This document shows positions 1 through 7,946 of a stretch of DNA of 64,000 nt, piece after piece; the first letter of the stretch is position 1; each line of letters opens with the position of its first letter. Source of the stretch: Alphaproteobacteria bacterium (GTDB lineage Bacteria > Pseudomonadota > Alphaproteobacteria > SP197); assembly GCA_965228895.1 (NCBI GenBank), contig OZ245842.1:2272001-2336000 (forward strand), in the 5' to 3' direction. The position numbers and the translations under genes are program-made. The notes beneath the pieces are model-generated. The model was not told where the DNA came from and made no database searches. It saw only the letters and a list, made by a program, of their open reading frames with translations.

Positions 1-994
1 ACACGTCTATCCAGCGTTCAAGGCCATGCGGCACGGTCAATCTGACCATCAGTTCGCGTTCGTTATCGGGCACGGCGGGTCCAGTTTCGCCGGCGGCACC
101 GAAACGCACGAGATTGGCGAGCCACCAGCGCAAGAGGTCGAGGGTGGTGCGGAACGCCTGATCGTTGGTCGGGCGGCCGAGGCGGTCCGCCAGGCTGTGC
201 ACGTCCAGGGCGCGCGGCTTCGGCAACTGGGCGAGCAGGCCCAACAAGTCGCGATAGAGGCCAAGGCCACCTAGGTCGGCCAAGCGCAGCGCCCTGCCCG
301 GACTGCCGTCCGCCAGCCGCGCCAGCGGTTCCAGGTCAGCCGCATCGAGGTCGGGCCGGTAGCGTTCAAGCAACAAGACGACCTGCTCGGTCTTCAACGG
401 TGTCAGCGGCACGGTGCGGCACCGCGACCTGATGGTCGGCAGCAACCGCGCGGGCGCGTGGCTGACCAAAAGCACCAGCGACTGGGCGGGCGGTTCCTCG
501 ATCATTTTGAGGGCCGCGTTGGCGGCGCTCGGGTTCATCAGTTCGGCGCCGTCGATGACGGCGATACGCCAGCCCCCCTCGCCCGCCGACGTCCGGAAGA
601 ACGGCGTCAAGCGGCGGACGTCGTCGACCACGATCTCGCTGCGCATCCTGCCGGTCTTCGGGTTGGGCACACGTTCGATGGTCAGGAGGTCACTGTGACC
701 TTCGGCGGCGATGCGTTGGAAGACCGCATCGGCTTCGTCGACGTTCAGGCTCTCTGGGGCGCCGAACAGGTCCTGGCCGGCACCGCCAGCCATCAGAAAG
801 CGGGCGAGCCGGTAGGCCAGGGTCGCCTTGCCGATACCCTCCGGGCCGGTTAGCAGCCAGGCCCCGGCAAGCCGGTTTGCCATGACAGCATCCAAAAAAA
901 CGCGTTCGGTATCCTGATGACCGATCAGCTCTGGGTTGGCCCTGGGTGCCGGCGCCAGGTCGTCATCGGTGTCGGTTTCGGTCGTCTTGCTCAT
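1..994 (-). CDS. holB: DNA polymerase III subunit delta' (runs off window start)
   Basis: Not in ORF track. ATG at 994 overlaps the tmk stop; reads MSKTTETDTDDDLAPAPRANPELIGHQ...AWLLTGPEGIGKATLAYRLARFL, later ANAALKMIEEPP and PTIRSRC; conserved tmk-holB order. Confidence 0.93.
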   Translation of the reverse strand, partial: MSKTTETDTDDDLAPAPRANPELIGHQDTERVFLDAVMANRLAGAWLLTGPEGIGKATLAYRLARFLMAGGAGQDLFGAPESLNVDEADAVFQRIAAEGHSDLLTIERVPNPKTGRMRSEIVVDDVRRLTPFFRTSAGEGGWRIAVIDGAELMNPSAANAALKMIEEPPAQSLVLLVSHAPARLLPTIRSRCRTVPLTPLKTEQVVLLLERYRPDLDAADLEPLARLADGSPGRALRLADLGGLGLYRDLLGLLAQLPKPRALDVHSLADRLGRPTNDQAFRTTLDLLRWWLANLVRFGAAGETGPAVPDNERELMVRLTVPHGLERWIDV

Positions 995-1620
995 GACAGA
1001 CCGAACTTGGCGGCGACGTCGGCGAAGATCAACGCCGCCACATCATCCTCGCTGCCCGTCGCGTCGATCAGGCGGCAGCGCTCGGGATGGTCGGCGACGA
1101 TGTCCTGGAACGCCTGGCGCAGGCGTTCGTGATAGGCCGGCCCCATGCGCTCGTAGCGATCGGCGCCGCCACGCTCGGCCGCACGCGCCAAGCCGATCTC
1201 GACGGGCAGGTCCAAAACCAGGGTCAGGTCTGGTTTCAGGTCGCCGACAGCGATGGCGTAGAGCCGGTCAACCACGTCGCGCCCGGCACCTTGAACGATG
1301 CCCTGGTAGGCCATGGTTGAATCGGCGAAGCGGTCGCATATGACACAGGCGCCGCGCTCAAGAGCGGGCCGGATCGTCACCTCCAGGTGATCGCGCCGTG
1401 CCGCAAAATGAAGCAGTGTTTCGGTGATCGCATCCCAGCGATCGACGTCGCCATCGACCAGAATGGCGCGGATGGCTTCGGCGCCCGGCGCGCCGCCGGG
1501 CTCGCGTGTCGTGACAATTTCGTCGGTCTGGCCGCTCAGCGCCTCGGCGAGCCGGCGCACTTGTGTCGACTTGCCAGCCCCCTCGCCGCCCTCAAGCGTG
1601 ATAAAGCGGCCGGCAATCAC
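991..1620 (-). CDS. tmk: Thymidylate kinase
   Basis: FITLEGGEGAGKSTQ P-loop, TREPGG, CDRFADSTMAYQG. Confidence 0.97.
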   Translation of the reverse strand: MIAGRFITLEGGEGAGKSTQVRRLAEALSGQTDEIVTTREPGGAPGAEAIRAILVDGDVDRWDAITETLLHFAARRDHLEVTIRPALERGACVICDRFADSTMAYQGIVQGAGRDVVDRLYAIAVGDLKPDLTLVLDLPVEIGLARAAERGGADRYERMGPAYHERLRQAFQDIVADHPERCRLIDATGSEDDVAALIFADVAAKFGLS

Positions 1621-2756
1621 GTTCCCGACGGGCCAAACACCAGATAGCTGATCGCCGCGCCCAGGCGGCTGAACATGGAGAGTTCGCCGACATCGGCGCC
1701 GGCGACAAGCGGCACCTCAACCGTCTCCATGTTGGGGGCTTCCAGCACCAGCATGGCAACCGGCGTTCCCTTGACGATGGGTGCCGGGATCGGACCTTCG
1801 AAGACGGCCTTGACGGTCATCTCGCGGCGCGCCTCGCGCGACATCGTGATGACCAGATCCTCTTCGATGACCAGTGGCACGGTGTCTTCGTCGCCCAGCC
1901 AAACCTCGGCATCTGTCACCGTTTCACCGGCCCCCAGAAGCGCATAGGCATCGAACTCACGAAAACCCCATTCGATCAGGCGTTCGGCCTCGCGGGCGCG
2001 CTCTTGGGAACTGTCGACGCCGTTGATCACAAGCACCAGGCGGCGACCATCACGCTCTGCGGAGGCCGTCAGCCCATAGCCCGCGGCTTCCGTATGACCG
2101 GTCTTCAGACCATCGGCGCCGGAGGCCGTATAGAGCAGCGGGTTGCGGTTGCTCTGTTCGATATCGCTGAACGTGAACGTCGTCTCGGCGTAGTACGGAT
2201 AGTACTCGGGAAAGTCCTCGATCGTCCTGATGGCCAGCGTGGCGAGGTCGCGCACCGTCGTGACGTGCTCTGGGTCCGGCCAGCCCGACGCGTTGCGGAA
2301 GTTGGAGTTCGTCATGCCCATTGCGTGGGCCTGATCGGTCATGTCGATGGCGAACGCTTCTTCCGATCCCGAGATGCCTTCGGCCAGAACGATGGTGGCG
2401 TCGTTGCCGGACTGGACGACGACGCCGCGGACCAGATCCTCGACCATGACGCGGGTATCGACCTCGACGAACATCTTTGAACCGCCCATGCGCCAAGCCT
2501 TCTCGCTGACCGGCAAGGTCGCGTCCAGGCTCAGGCCGCCCTCGGCGAGTTTTTTGAAGACCAGATACATCGTCATCATCTTGGTCATCGATGACGGATA
2601 GGTCGTTTCGTCCGCATTCTTCTGAAACAGCACCGTCCCGGTCGACATGTCGATCAGGATTGCCTCGCGGGCCGAGGTTTCGTTAGCGCGCGCCGGTAGA
2701 CCGGCAGCAAGGGCCGTAAGGACGACAATCAGGGTGGCAAGGACACGACGGGACAT
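1617..2756 (-). CDS. dacA: D-alanyl-D-alanine carboxypeptidase (PBP5/6 family)
   Basis: Signal peptide; SMTK (SxxK), SGN (SxN) and KTG motifs; C-terminal PBP5 domain. Confidence 0.93.
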   Translation of the reverse strand: MSRRVLATLIVVLTALAAGLPARANETSAREAILIDMSTGTVLFQKNADETTYPSSMTKMMTMYLVFKKLAEGGLSLDATLPVSEKAWRMGGSKMFVEVDTRVMVEDLVRGVVVQSGNDATIVLAEGISGSEEAFAIDMTDQAHAMGMTNSNFRNASGWPDPEHVTTVRDLATLAIRTIEDFPEYYPYYAETTFTFSDIEQSNRNPLLYTASGADGLKTGHTEAAGYGLTASAERDGRRLVLVINGVDSSQERAREAERLIEWGFREFDAYALLGAGETVTDAEVWLGDEDTVPLVIEEDLVITMSREARREMTVKAVFEGPIPAPIVKGTPVAMLVLEAPNMETVEVPLVAGADVGELSMFSRLGAAISYLVFGPSGT

Positions 2757-2828
2757 GGCGGGGTCACTATCCGTGGACGATGAAAGCTGCCGACGCTTAG
2801 CGGCCCAGTTGGGCAGAATTGCGCCAGT

Positions 2829-3644
2829 TTAGTCGATGACGATACGCGCCTCTTGATAGCCGGCGGCCATGACACGGTAGCGCATGTCGCCCGCTTGATC
2901 GAGATCGGCATAGGGTCCCAGCCGCACGCGGTAGAACGGTAGGCCGTTGGCGACCACACGGTAGATCTGAACGTGGTCCAGCATAGCGAGCTGCCGGCCG
3001 ACCTTTTGGGCGTTATCGGCTTCGGTGAAGGCGCCGATCTGGACGTAGATGGCGCGGTCAGGCTCCTCGGAGATGAGGTCGATTGCGGCGGTTGTCACCT
3101 CAGGTTCAGGCGGCGCTTCCGGGTCCTGTGCCGCAAAGGCAGTGCCGGTATCCGGGTCGACGACCTGGACCCTCACCTGGGCCGTCCCCGCGCGCTCAAA
3201 GCCCAAGAGCTGGGCCGATCGGCGCGAGACGTCGATGATCCGGCCATAAGCGAAAGGCCCACGGTCGTTCACCTTCAGCACCAGCGAGCGGCCGTTATCC
3301 AGATTGGTGACCCGGACATAGACCGGCATCGGCAAGGTCTTGTGGGCCGCCGTCAACAGGTTCATGTCGTAGACCTCGCCGTTGGCCGTGCGCCTGCCGT
3401 GGAACGGCTCGCCATACCAGGAGGCTATGCCGACCTCGTCGTAGTACGGGTCTTCGGCGGGGTAGTACCAAGCGCCGTTGATCTGATAGGGATTGCCGAC
3501 CTTGTAGCTGCCGCCGGTATCGCTGTCGCGCTGCGCTTCCTTGCTCAGCGTCGCCAAAAGCTCTGTTTCGGCACATCCCGCAACGATCGCGGCGACAAGA
3601 AACGACGAGAAAACAAGGACAAAACCGCGATATACGCCAAACAC
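2829..3644 (-). CDS. rlpA: Septal ring lytic transglycosylase RlpA family lipoprotein with SPOR domain
   Basis: Lipobox VAGC; ASWYG..FHGRRTANGE, TAAHKTLP, VNDRGPF, RIIDVS; C-terminal YVQIGAF...YRVRLGP. Confidence 0.95.
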   Translation of the reverse strand: MFGVYRGFVLVFSSFLVAAIVAGCAETELLATLSKEAQRDSDTGGSYKVGNPYQINGAWYYPAEDPYYDEVGIASWYGEPFHGRRTANGEVYDMNLLTAAHKTLPMPVYVRVTNLDNGRSLVLKVNDRGPFAYGRIIDVSRRSAQLLGFERAGTAQVRVQVVDPDTGTAFAAQDPEAPPEPEVTTAAIDLISEEPDRAIYVQIGAFTEADNAQKVGRQLAMLDHVQIYRVVANGLPFYRVRLGPYADLDQAGDMRYRVMAAGYQEARIVID

Positions 3645-3680
3645 GCCAAGCCTGCCCGCTAGATATAGTGGTGGCGAACT

Positions 3681-4661
3681 CTAACGGCTGACGATCTCAT
3701 CGGCAAGACGCACGACTGACATGGCAAAATAGTCCGACCGGTTCCAGCGCAAGATGACCCGATAATTGCTGAAAACCAGATAGGCCGGACCGCCGTCGCC
3801 GGCCGGCATGGCAAGCGTTGTCGGTTCGTCGGCCGCGACAGCCGGTGGCGCTGCGATAAAGGTCACGCCCTCGTCCAGCCAGGCCTGCAGGGGACGTGGC
3901 GAATCGTGGCCCGAACGAGAGGCATCCATGCCGGCGGGCAACGTTACCGCTGCACCCCAAGGCTCATCCAACTCCCAGCCGTAGCTCGAGAGATAATTGG
4001 ATGCGGACGCAAACACGTCACCGCGGGTGGTCCAAATGTCGCGCCTGCCGTCCTTATCCCAGTCGACGGCGTAACCCATGAAACTGGATGGCATAAACTG
4101 GCTTTGGCCCATGGCGCCAGCCCATGAGCCAACCATTTTGTCTTTTGTTATATGGCCTTCGTCCAAAATCTTGAGAGCATGCATCAGCTCACGCCGAAAG
4201 AAGTCGCTGCGCCTTGGATCCCAGGCCAGGGTCGCAAGCGCGGCGATCACGTCGAAACCGCCGGTATAGGTGCCGAACCGAGTTTCATGCCCCCACAGCG
4301 CGATGACGGCTTCGGGATCAACGCCATAGACGTCGCTTACCGAGATGAGCAGCGGCAGATGTTCGTCGTAGTTACGCCGCGCCTCGGCAATCAGTGCCGA
4401 CGGCATGCGGCTCGCCATGTATTCGGCGAACGTGACCGTGCCTTCCGGCTGGCGCCGATCCAGCTCGATCACCCGATCGATGGGCTGAATGTCGTTGAGG
4501 GCCGCGTCGAGCGTTGCCTGGCTGACACCTTGGGCGGACGCTTCAGCGCGAACACCGTCCACGAATGTTGTCCAGTCCGGTTGCGTCTGAGCCTCTACCG
4601 GCACGACGAACAACAGCAGGACGGTTAACTGAATGAGGACGCTTTGGGCTTTTGGGCGCAT
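3681..4661 (-). CDS. mltB: Lytic murein transglycosylase (MltB family)
   Basis: WGHETRFG, GSWAGAMGQSQFMPSS, DGRRDIW; start moved to MRPKAQ (ATG 4661) after GGGAGA, giving a signal peptide. Confidence 0.9.
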   Translation of the reverse strand: MRPKAQSVLIQLTVLLLFVVPVEAQTQPDWTTFVDGVRAEASAQGVSQATLDAALNDIQPIDRVIELDRRQPEGTVTFAEYMASRMPSALIAEARRNYDEHLPLLISVSDVYGVDPEAVIALWGHETRFGTYTGGFDVIAALATLAWDPRRSDFFRRELMHALKILDEGHITKDKMVGSWAGAMGQSQFMPSSFMGYAVDWDKDGRRDIWTTRGDVFASASNYLSSYGWELDEPWGAAVTLPAGMDASRSGHDSPRPLQAWLDEGVTFIAAPPAVAADEPTTLAMPAGDGGPAYLVFSNYRVILRWNRSDYFAMSVVRLADEIVSR

Positions 4662-4755
4662 GGATGGACACCGTCTCCCTTTTGTTCGTGTGTGTGGCAC
4701 AGCCCGGCCAATCGTGCAATGGTCGCAGCAGCCAAAACGGCCGCGGCCGAAAGCC

Positions 4756-5019
4756 ATGCGCATCGATAAAAAGGACGTCAAACGTTTCGTCGTTGTTGCG
4801 GCGGGGCTCTATGTGGCCGTTGGCCTCGTCGCGCTGATTGCGCCGGCTGTTGCCTTTCCGCTCGTGATTGCGTTGACGGCGTTGCTGGCACTGGTGGTGG
4901 TGCTCGTGCTGTTCCTACGTGCCTGGCATTGGTTCATCAGCGAAAGCTTCAGCCTGATTGAAGATCGCTCGCGCGAATTGCGAGAACGGCCGCATCAACA
5001 ACGCGCCAAGCGGCGATAG
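4756..5019 (+). CDS. Small membrane protein, hypothetical
   Basis: MRIDKKDVKRF followed by two hydrophobic helices and a basic tail; fills the intergenic gap. Confidence 0.6.
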   Translation: MRIDKKDVKRFVVVAAGLYVAVGLVALIAPAVAFPLVIALTALLALVVVLVLFLRAWHWFISESFSLIEDRSRELRERPHQQRAKRR

Positions 5020-5057
5020 AACGGTTCCGCTCGTCTCGGTTTTGCGTAGCGTCGCGA

Positions 5058-5315
5058 CTATCCCTTTGGCTCGTCGTCCTCGCCTGTGTCCATGCCGCCA
5101 CCGGCACGATCGTCGTGGCCATGGTGGTGGCTGTAATAGGAGAGCCGCATCAGGCCAACGCCCAGGCCGGTGACGAAAATGACGCACAGAATAATCGCGA
5201 TCACACCGTGGATGCCCATCTCTACATCGTCGAGCGCGAGCCAGACATCGATGGCGTAGATCAAGGTCCCGCTGAGGATGATCACAAGCGCGAGAGCGAC
5301 AAGAGCGGTCTTCAT
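5058..5315 (-). CDS. Small two-TM membrane protein, hypothetical
   Basis: 85 aa; two TM segments then YYSHHHGHDD and an acidic tail. Confidence 0.7.
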   Translation of the reverse strand: MKTALVALALVIILSGTLIYAIDVWLALDDVEMGIHGVIAIILCVIFVTGLGVGLMRLSYYSHHHGHDDRAGGGMDTGEDDEPKG

Positions 5316-5402
5316 TCGTCTGCCATTCCGGTTCGGCCAGGATGGGTCGTGACGGGTTCACCAGAATCGTAGTGAGGACCGTCACAGATCGCGCGGGTGC
5401 GC

Positions 5403-5430
5403 TTGATTCCTGTGGGCAAGGTCTTAACAT
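5403..5430 (+). promoter_or_regulatory. Candidate sigma70-type promoter for the riboswitch-parA leader
   Basis: TTGATT (5403-5408) N16 TAACAT (5425-5430), about 45 nt upstream of the aptamer; overlaps a TTAAC pentamer. Confidence 0.4.
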
Positions 5431-5474
5431 TGCTTTCGTCGGCTGGAAACGCCGATATGGGCAGCCACTAACGG

Positions 5475-5572
5475 CTCCCAGATAAAGGCAAACCGGTGGA
5501 AACATCGGGACGCAAAGCCACCGGCCTTCACCTCGGTCAACGAGGGCAAGGTAGCGGGGTTACCAAAGGGAA
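5475..5572 (+). ncRNA. Cyclic di-GMP-I (GEMM-I) riboswitch aptamer
   Basis: AAAGGCAAACC-GGTG-GAAA-CATC-GGGACGCAAAGCCACCGGCCT...AAGGTAGCGGGGTTACC matches the GEMM-I consensus: P2 CCGGTG/CATCGG with GAAA tetraloop (5499-5502), GACGCAAAGC junction, P3 with CCTCG/CGAGG apical stem, 3' GGTAGCGGGGTTACC. Confidence 0.9.
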
Positions 5573-5580
5573 GTCGTACT

Positions 5581-5733
5581 ATGTGTTGTGACAAGACAAA
5601 GCCGTCTGCTGCCATCTGGAAGACCTCCGGTCTCCCCACAACCGATTTCGCCTCCCCTTGTGCCGCCGTCTTGGCGACACCGGGTTTTCTGCGCTGTCAA
5701 TCCGCTGTCGCCACGCGGGGTACTTCATGCTGA
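5581..5733 (+). CDS. Putative 50-aa leader peptide (uORF) between riboswitch and parA
   Basis: GGGAAG 7 nt before ATG 5581; open frame MCCDKTKPSAAIWKTSGLPTTDFASPCAAVLATPGFLRCQSAVATRGTSC*; overlaps parA ATG (ATGCTGA). Below ORF-track cutoff. Confidence 0.35.
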   Translation: MCCDKTKPSAAIWKTSGLPTTDFASPCAAVLATPGFLRCQSAVATRGTSC

Positions 5734-6497
5734 GCTCGATGCGTGTCCTCGTTGTCGCCTCGCAAAAAGGCGGCTCCGGCAAGACGACCTTGTCCGGTCA
5801 TCTTGGTGTCGAGGCCGAGCGCGCGGGCCACGGTCCGGTCGCGCTGATCGATACGGATCCGCAGGGCAGCCTGGCTCAGTGGTGGAACGCTCGTGAAGCG
5901 GAGACCCCGGCCTTCGTCCAGTCGAGCGGCCAGACCCTGCGCGACGATTTGATGGCCCTTAGAGAACAGGGTTTCAAACTGGTCGTCATCGACACGCCGC
6001 CCGCCGCGACGCGCGAGATTTCCGAGGTCGCCGCGTTCGCCGATCTGGTCATTCTGCCGACGCGCCCGAGCCCTCACGACTTGCGCGCCGTCGCCTCGAC
6101 GATCGAGATTTTGGAGCAGCGCGGCAAGGCCATGGTCTTCGTGCTGAACTCCGCAACGGCACGTGCGCGCATCACTGGCGAGGCCGCCATTGCGCTGTCG
6201 CAGCACGGCACGGTCGCGCCGGTCACAGTTCACCATCGCGTCAATTTCGCCTCCAGCATGATCGACGGCCGGACGGTCGCCGAGATCGACGAGGAGAGCG
6301 CGTCCGCCAAGGAGGTCTCCGAACTCTGGAGTTATCTGGCTGATCGCATCAGCCGCAAACACATGGTCGCCCTGCCCGGCGGCGTCGAGAAGGTCGAACA
6401 GCCGACACCGGCGGTCGCCCATCCTGTCGCGCCGGAAGGCCTGAGGCCGAGCCAGCCTTTTGGCCGGCGCGGACGCGACGAAATCCATCTGACTTGA
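5727..6497 (+). CDS. parA: ParA-family ATPase (short, type Ib/Soj-like, no N-terminal HTH)
   Basis: Deviant Walker A SQKGGSGKTT, IDTDPQGS, Walker B VVIDTPP; start at ATG 5727 (GGGG upstream) or 5739. Confidence 0.92.
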   Translation: MLSSMRVLVVASQKGGSGKTTLSGHLGVEAERAGHGPVALIDTDPQGSLAQWWNAREAETPAFVQSSGQTLRDDLMALREQGFKLVVIDTPPAATREISEVAAFADLVILPTRPSPHDLRAVASTIEILEQRGKAMVFVLNSATARARITGEAAIALSQHGTVAPVTVHHRVNFASSMIDGRTVAEIDEESASAKEVSELWSYLADRISRKHMVALPGGVEKVEQPTPAVAHPVAPEGLRPSQPFGRRGRDEIHLT

Positions 6498-6516
6498 TCA
6501 AGGACGATCGGGCGTC

Positions 6517-6963
6517 ATGAGCAAAGGCAAGGTAGCGGTTCTCCATAGCGGCCTGTTGGCACGCAAGGGTGAAGCACGTCCGATGGCGGTCTACGCCGCG
6601 CCGCCGGTCACAGCGCCCGAGCCGGTCGCGCCGCCGCCTGCCCCCGCGCCTGCCGCAGCTTATCCACAGCCCGCCAAGTCCGGCCACAGCACGGACACAA
6701 TAGCGCCGCAGGTTGCCGCGTCATGTCCGAACATCAAGCTGCCGCCTGAGTTCGCGCGCGATGGCAAGAAAGCCAAATCAGGCCCGCGCACCGAACTCCA
6801 CGCGCGGCTGGCAAACACGTCGCATAAGCGATTGAAGATTGCATCGGCCCGCCTTGGCCGGTCGCAGCAGGAGATTGTCTCCGCCGCGATCGACGCCTAC
6901 CTCGATTACATCGAGGGCGATGTGCTGAACGGTTGCCGATGCATGAGGAACGCCCGGGGCTAG
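6517..6963 (+). CDS. ParA-associated protein: basic N-terminal peptide, Pro/Ala linker, probable C-terminal ribbon-helix-helix
   Basis: AAGGA before ATG; N-terminal LHSGLLARKGEARP; C-terminal RTELHARL-ANTSHKRLKIASARLG-RSQQEIVSAAIDAYL fits a strand-helix-helix RHH pattern. Confidence 0.75.
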   Translation: MSKGKVAVLHSGLLARKGEARPMAVYAAPPVTAPEPVAPPPAPAPAAAYPQPAKSGHSTDTIAPQVAASCPNIKLPPEFARDGKKAKSGPRTELHARLANTSHKRLKIASARLGRSQQEIVSAAIDAYLDYIEGDVLNGCRCMRNARG

Positions 6964-7053
6964 GGACTTACGCGCTCGACCCCTTGCCCTGGCGTCGCGG
7001 GCCGGTGAGATTCCAAGCATCTCATCGGCCCGCAACTTTTTCGGACCGATGAA

Positions 7054-7944
7054 CTAGGCCGCGTGCTCCACGATGAACGCGCCGGCGCGCGCCAATGCCG
7101 CGTTGGCTTCCGGCACTTCTGGCGCCAGATGATGCCAGACATGCGGGGCGCCCTCTTCGATCTCCAGAACCGCTGTGCTGCCGGCCGCTGTCATTCCGTC
7201 GGCGAGTGAGCGCGCATCGTCCAGCAGCAGTTCGGTATCGCCGACCTGGATTAGGATCGGCGGTAAGCCTGAAAGATCGCCGTGATGGGGCGCCACATAG
7301 GGATGGCGAAGGTTGTCGCCGTTCAGATACGTCTCAACAAAAACCTCGAGTTCGCCGACGCTCAGGAAGGCGTCACGGTCGGGATCGCCGGCGCGCCACG
7401 TGCCCTCGCCTTCCATGTCGCACCACGGCGATATCGCGACACCACATGCGGGCAAAGGCAGTCCTTCGTCGCGCAAGCGCAGCATGACGGCGAACACCAG
7501 CCCGCCGCCCGCCGAATCGCCGGCAAAGGCGATCCGGCGGCTGTCGCCCATCTCCTGCACCAGGGCACGATAGGCTTCGACACAGTCATCGATGGCGGCG
7601 GGAAACAGATGCTCCGGCGCCAGCCGATACTCCGGAAAGAAGAGCCGGCAACCCGCCGCCTTTGCAAGTCTCGTGACGATCATGATGTGGCTCTTCGTCG
7701 ATCCCATCGCGTAGCCGCCACCATGAAAATAGAGGATGGCGCGATCGGGGTCGGCGTTCGGCGGGTCGAATTGCCATCCCGGCACGCCGCCCAGCGCCGT
7801 CCGGTTTGCGGTCACGCTGTCGTCGCCGGGAAACTCATCGCCCAGCTCGTCGTAGGACACCCGGCGCTCGGCCATGGTGGCGTCTTCAGGTAGCACAGCC
7901 TCGGCCAGAATCTTCTTGTAACGCTCAAGCTCAGGGCTGGGCAT
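7054..7944 (-). CDS. Alpha/beta hydrolase, HSL-family esterase
   Basis: HGGGY, YRLAPEH, GDSAGG nucleophile, ELLLDD, HVWH. Confidence 0.93.
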   Translation of the reverse strand: MPSPELERYKKILAEAVLPEDATMAERRVSYDELGDEFPGDDSVTANRTALGGVPGWQFDPPNADPDRAILYFHGGGYAMGSTKSHIMIVTRLAKAAGCRLFFPEYRLAPEHLFPAAIDDCVEAYRALVQEMGDSRRIAFAGDSAGGGLVFAVMLRLRDEGLPLPACGVAISPWCDMEGEGTWRAGDPDRDAFLSVGELEVFVETYLNGDNLRHPYVAPHHGDLSGLPPILIQVGDTELLLDDARSLADGMTAAGSTAVLEIEEGAPHVWHHLAPEVPEANAALARAGAFIVEHAA

Positions 7945-7946
7945 GG

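Noticed and set aside
5413-5428. CtrA binding site upstream of the parA leader
   Set aside because: Only a TTAAC half-site; no TTAA-N7-TTAAC, so insufficient on its own.
5481-5494. Possible 3',3'-cGAMP (GEMM-Ib) riboswitch variant
   Set aside because: The position equivalent to Vc2 nucleotide 20 is G (AAGGCAAACC), not A.
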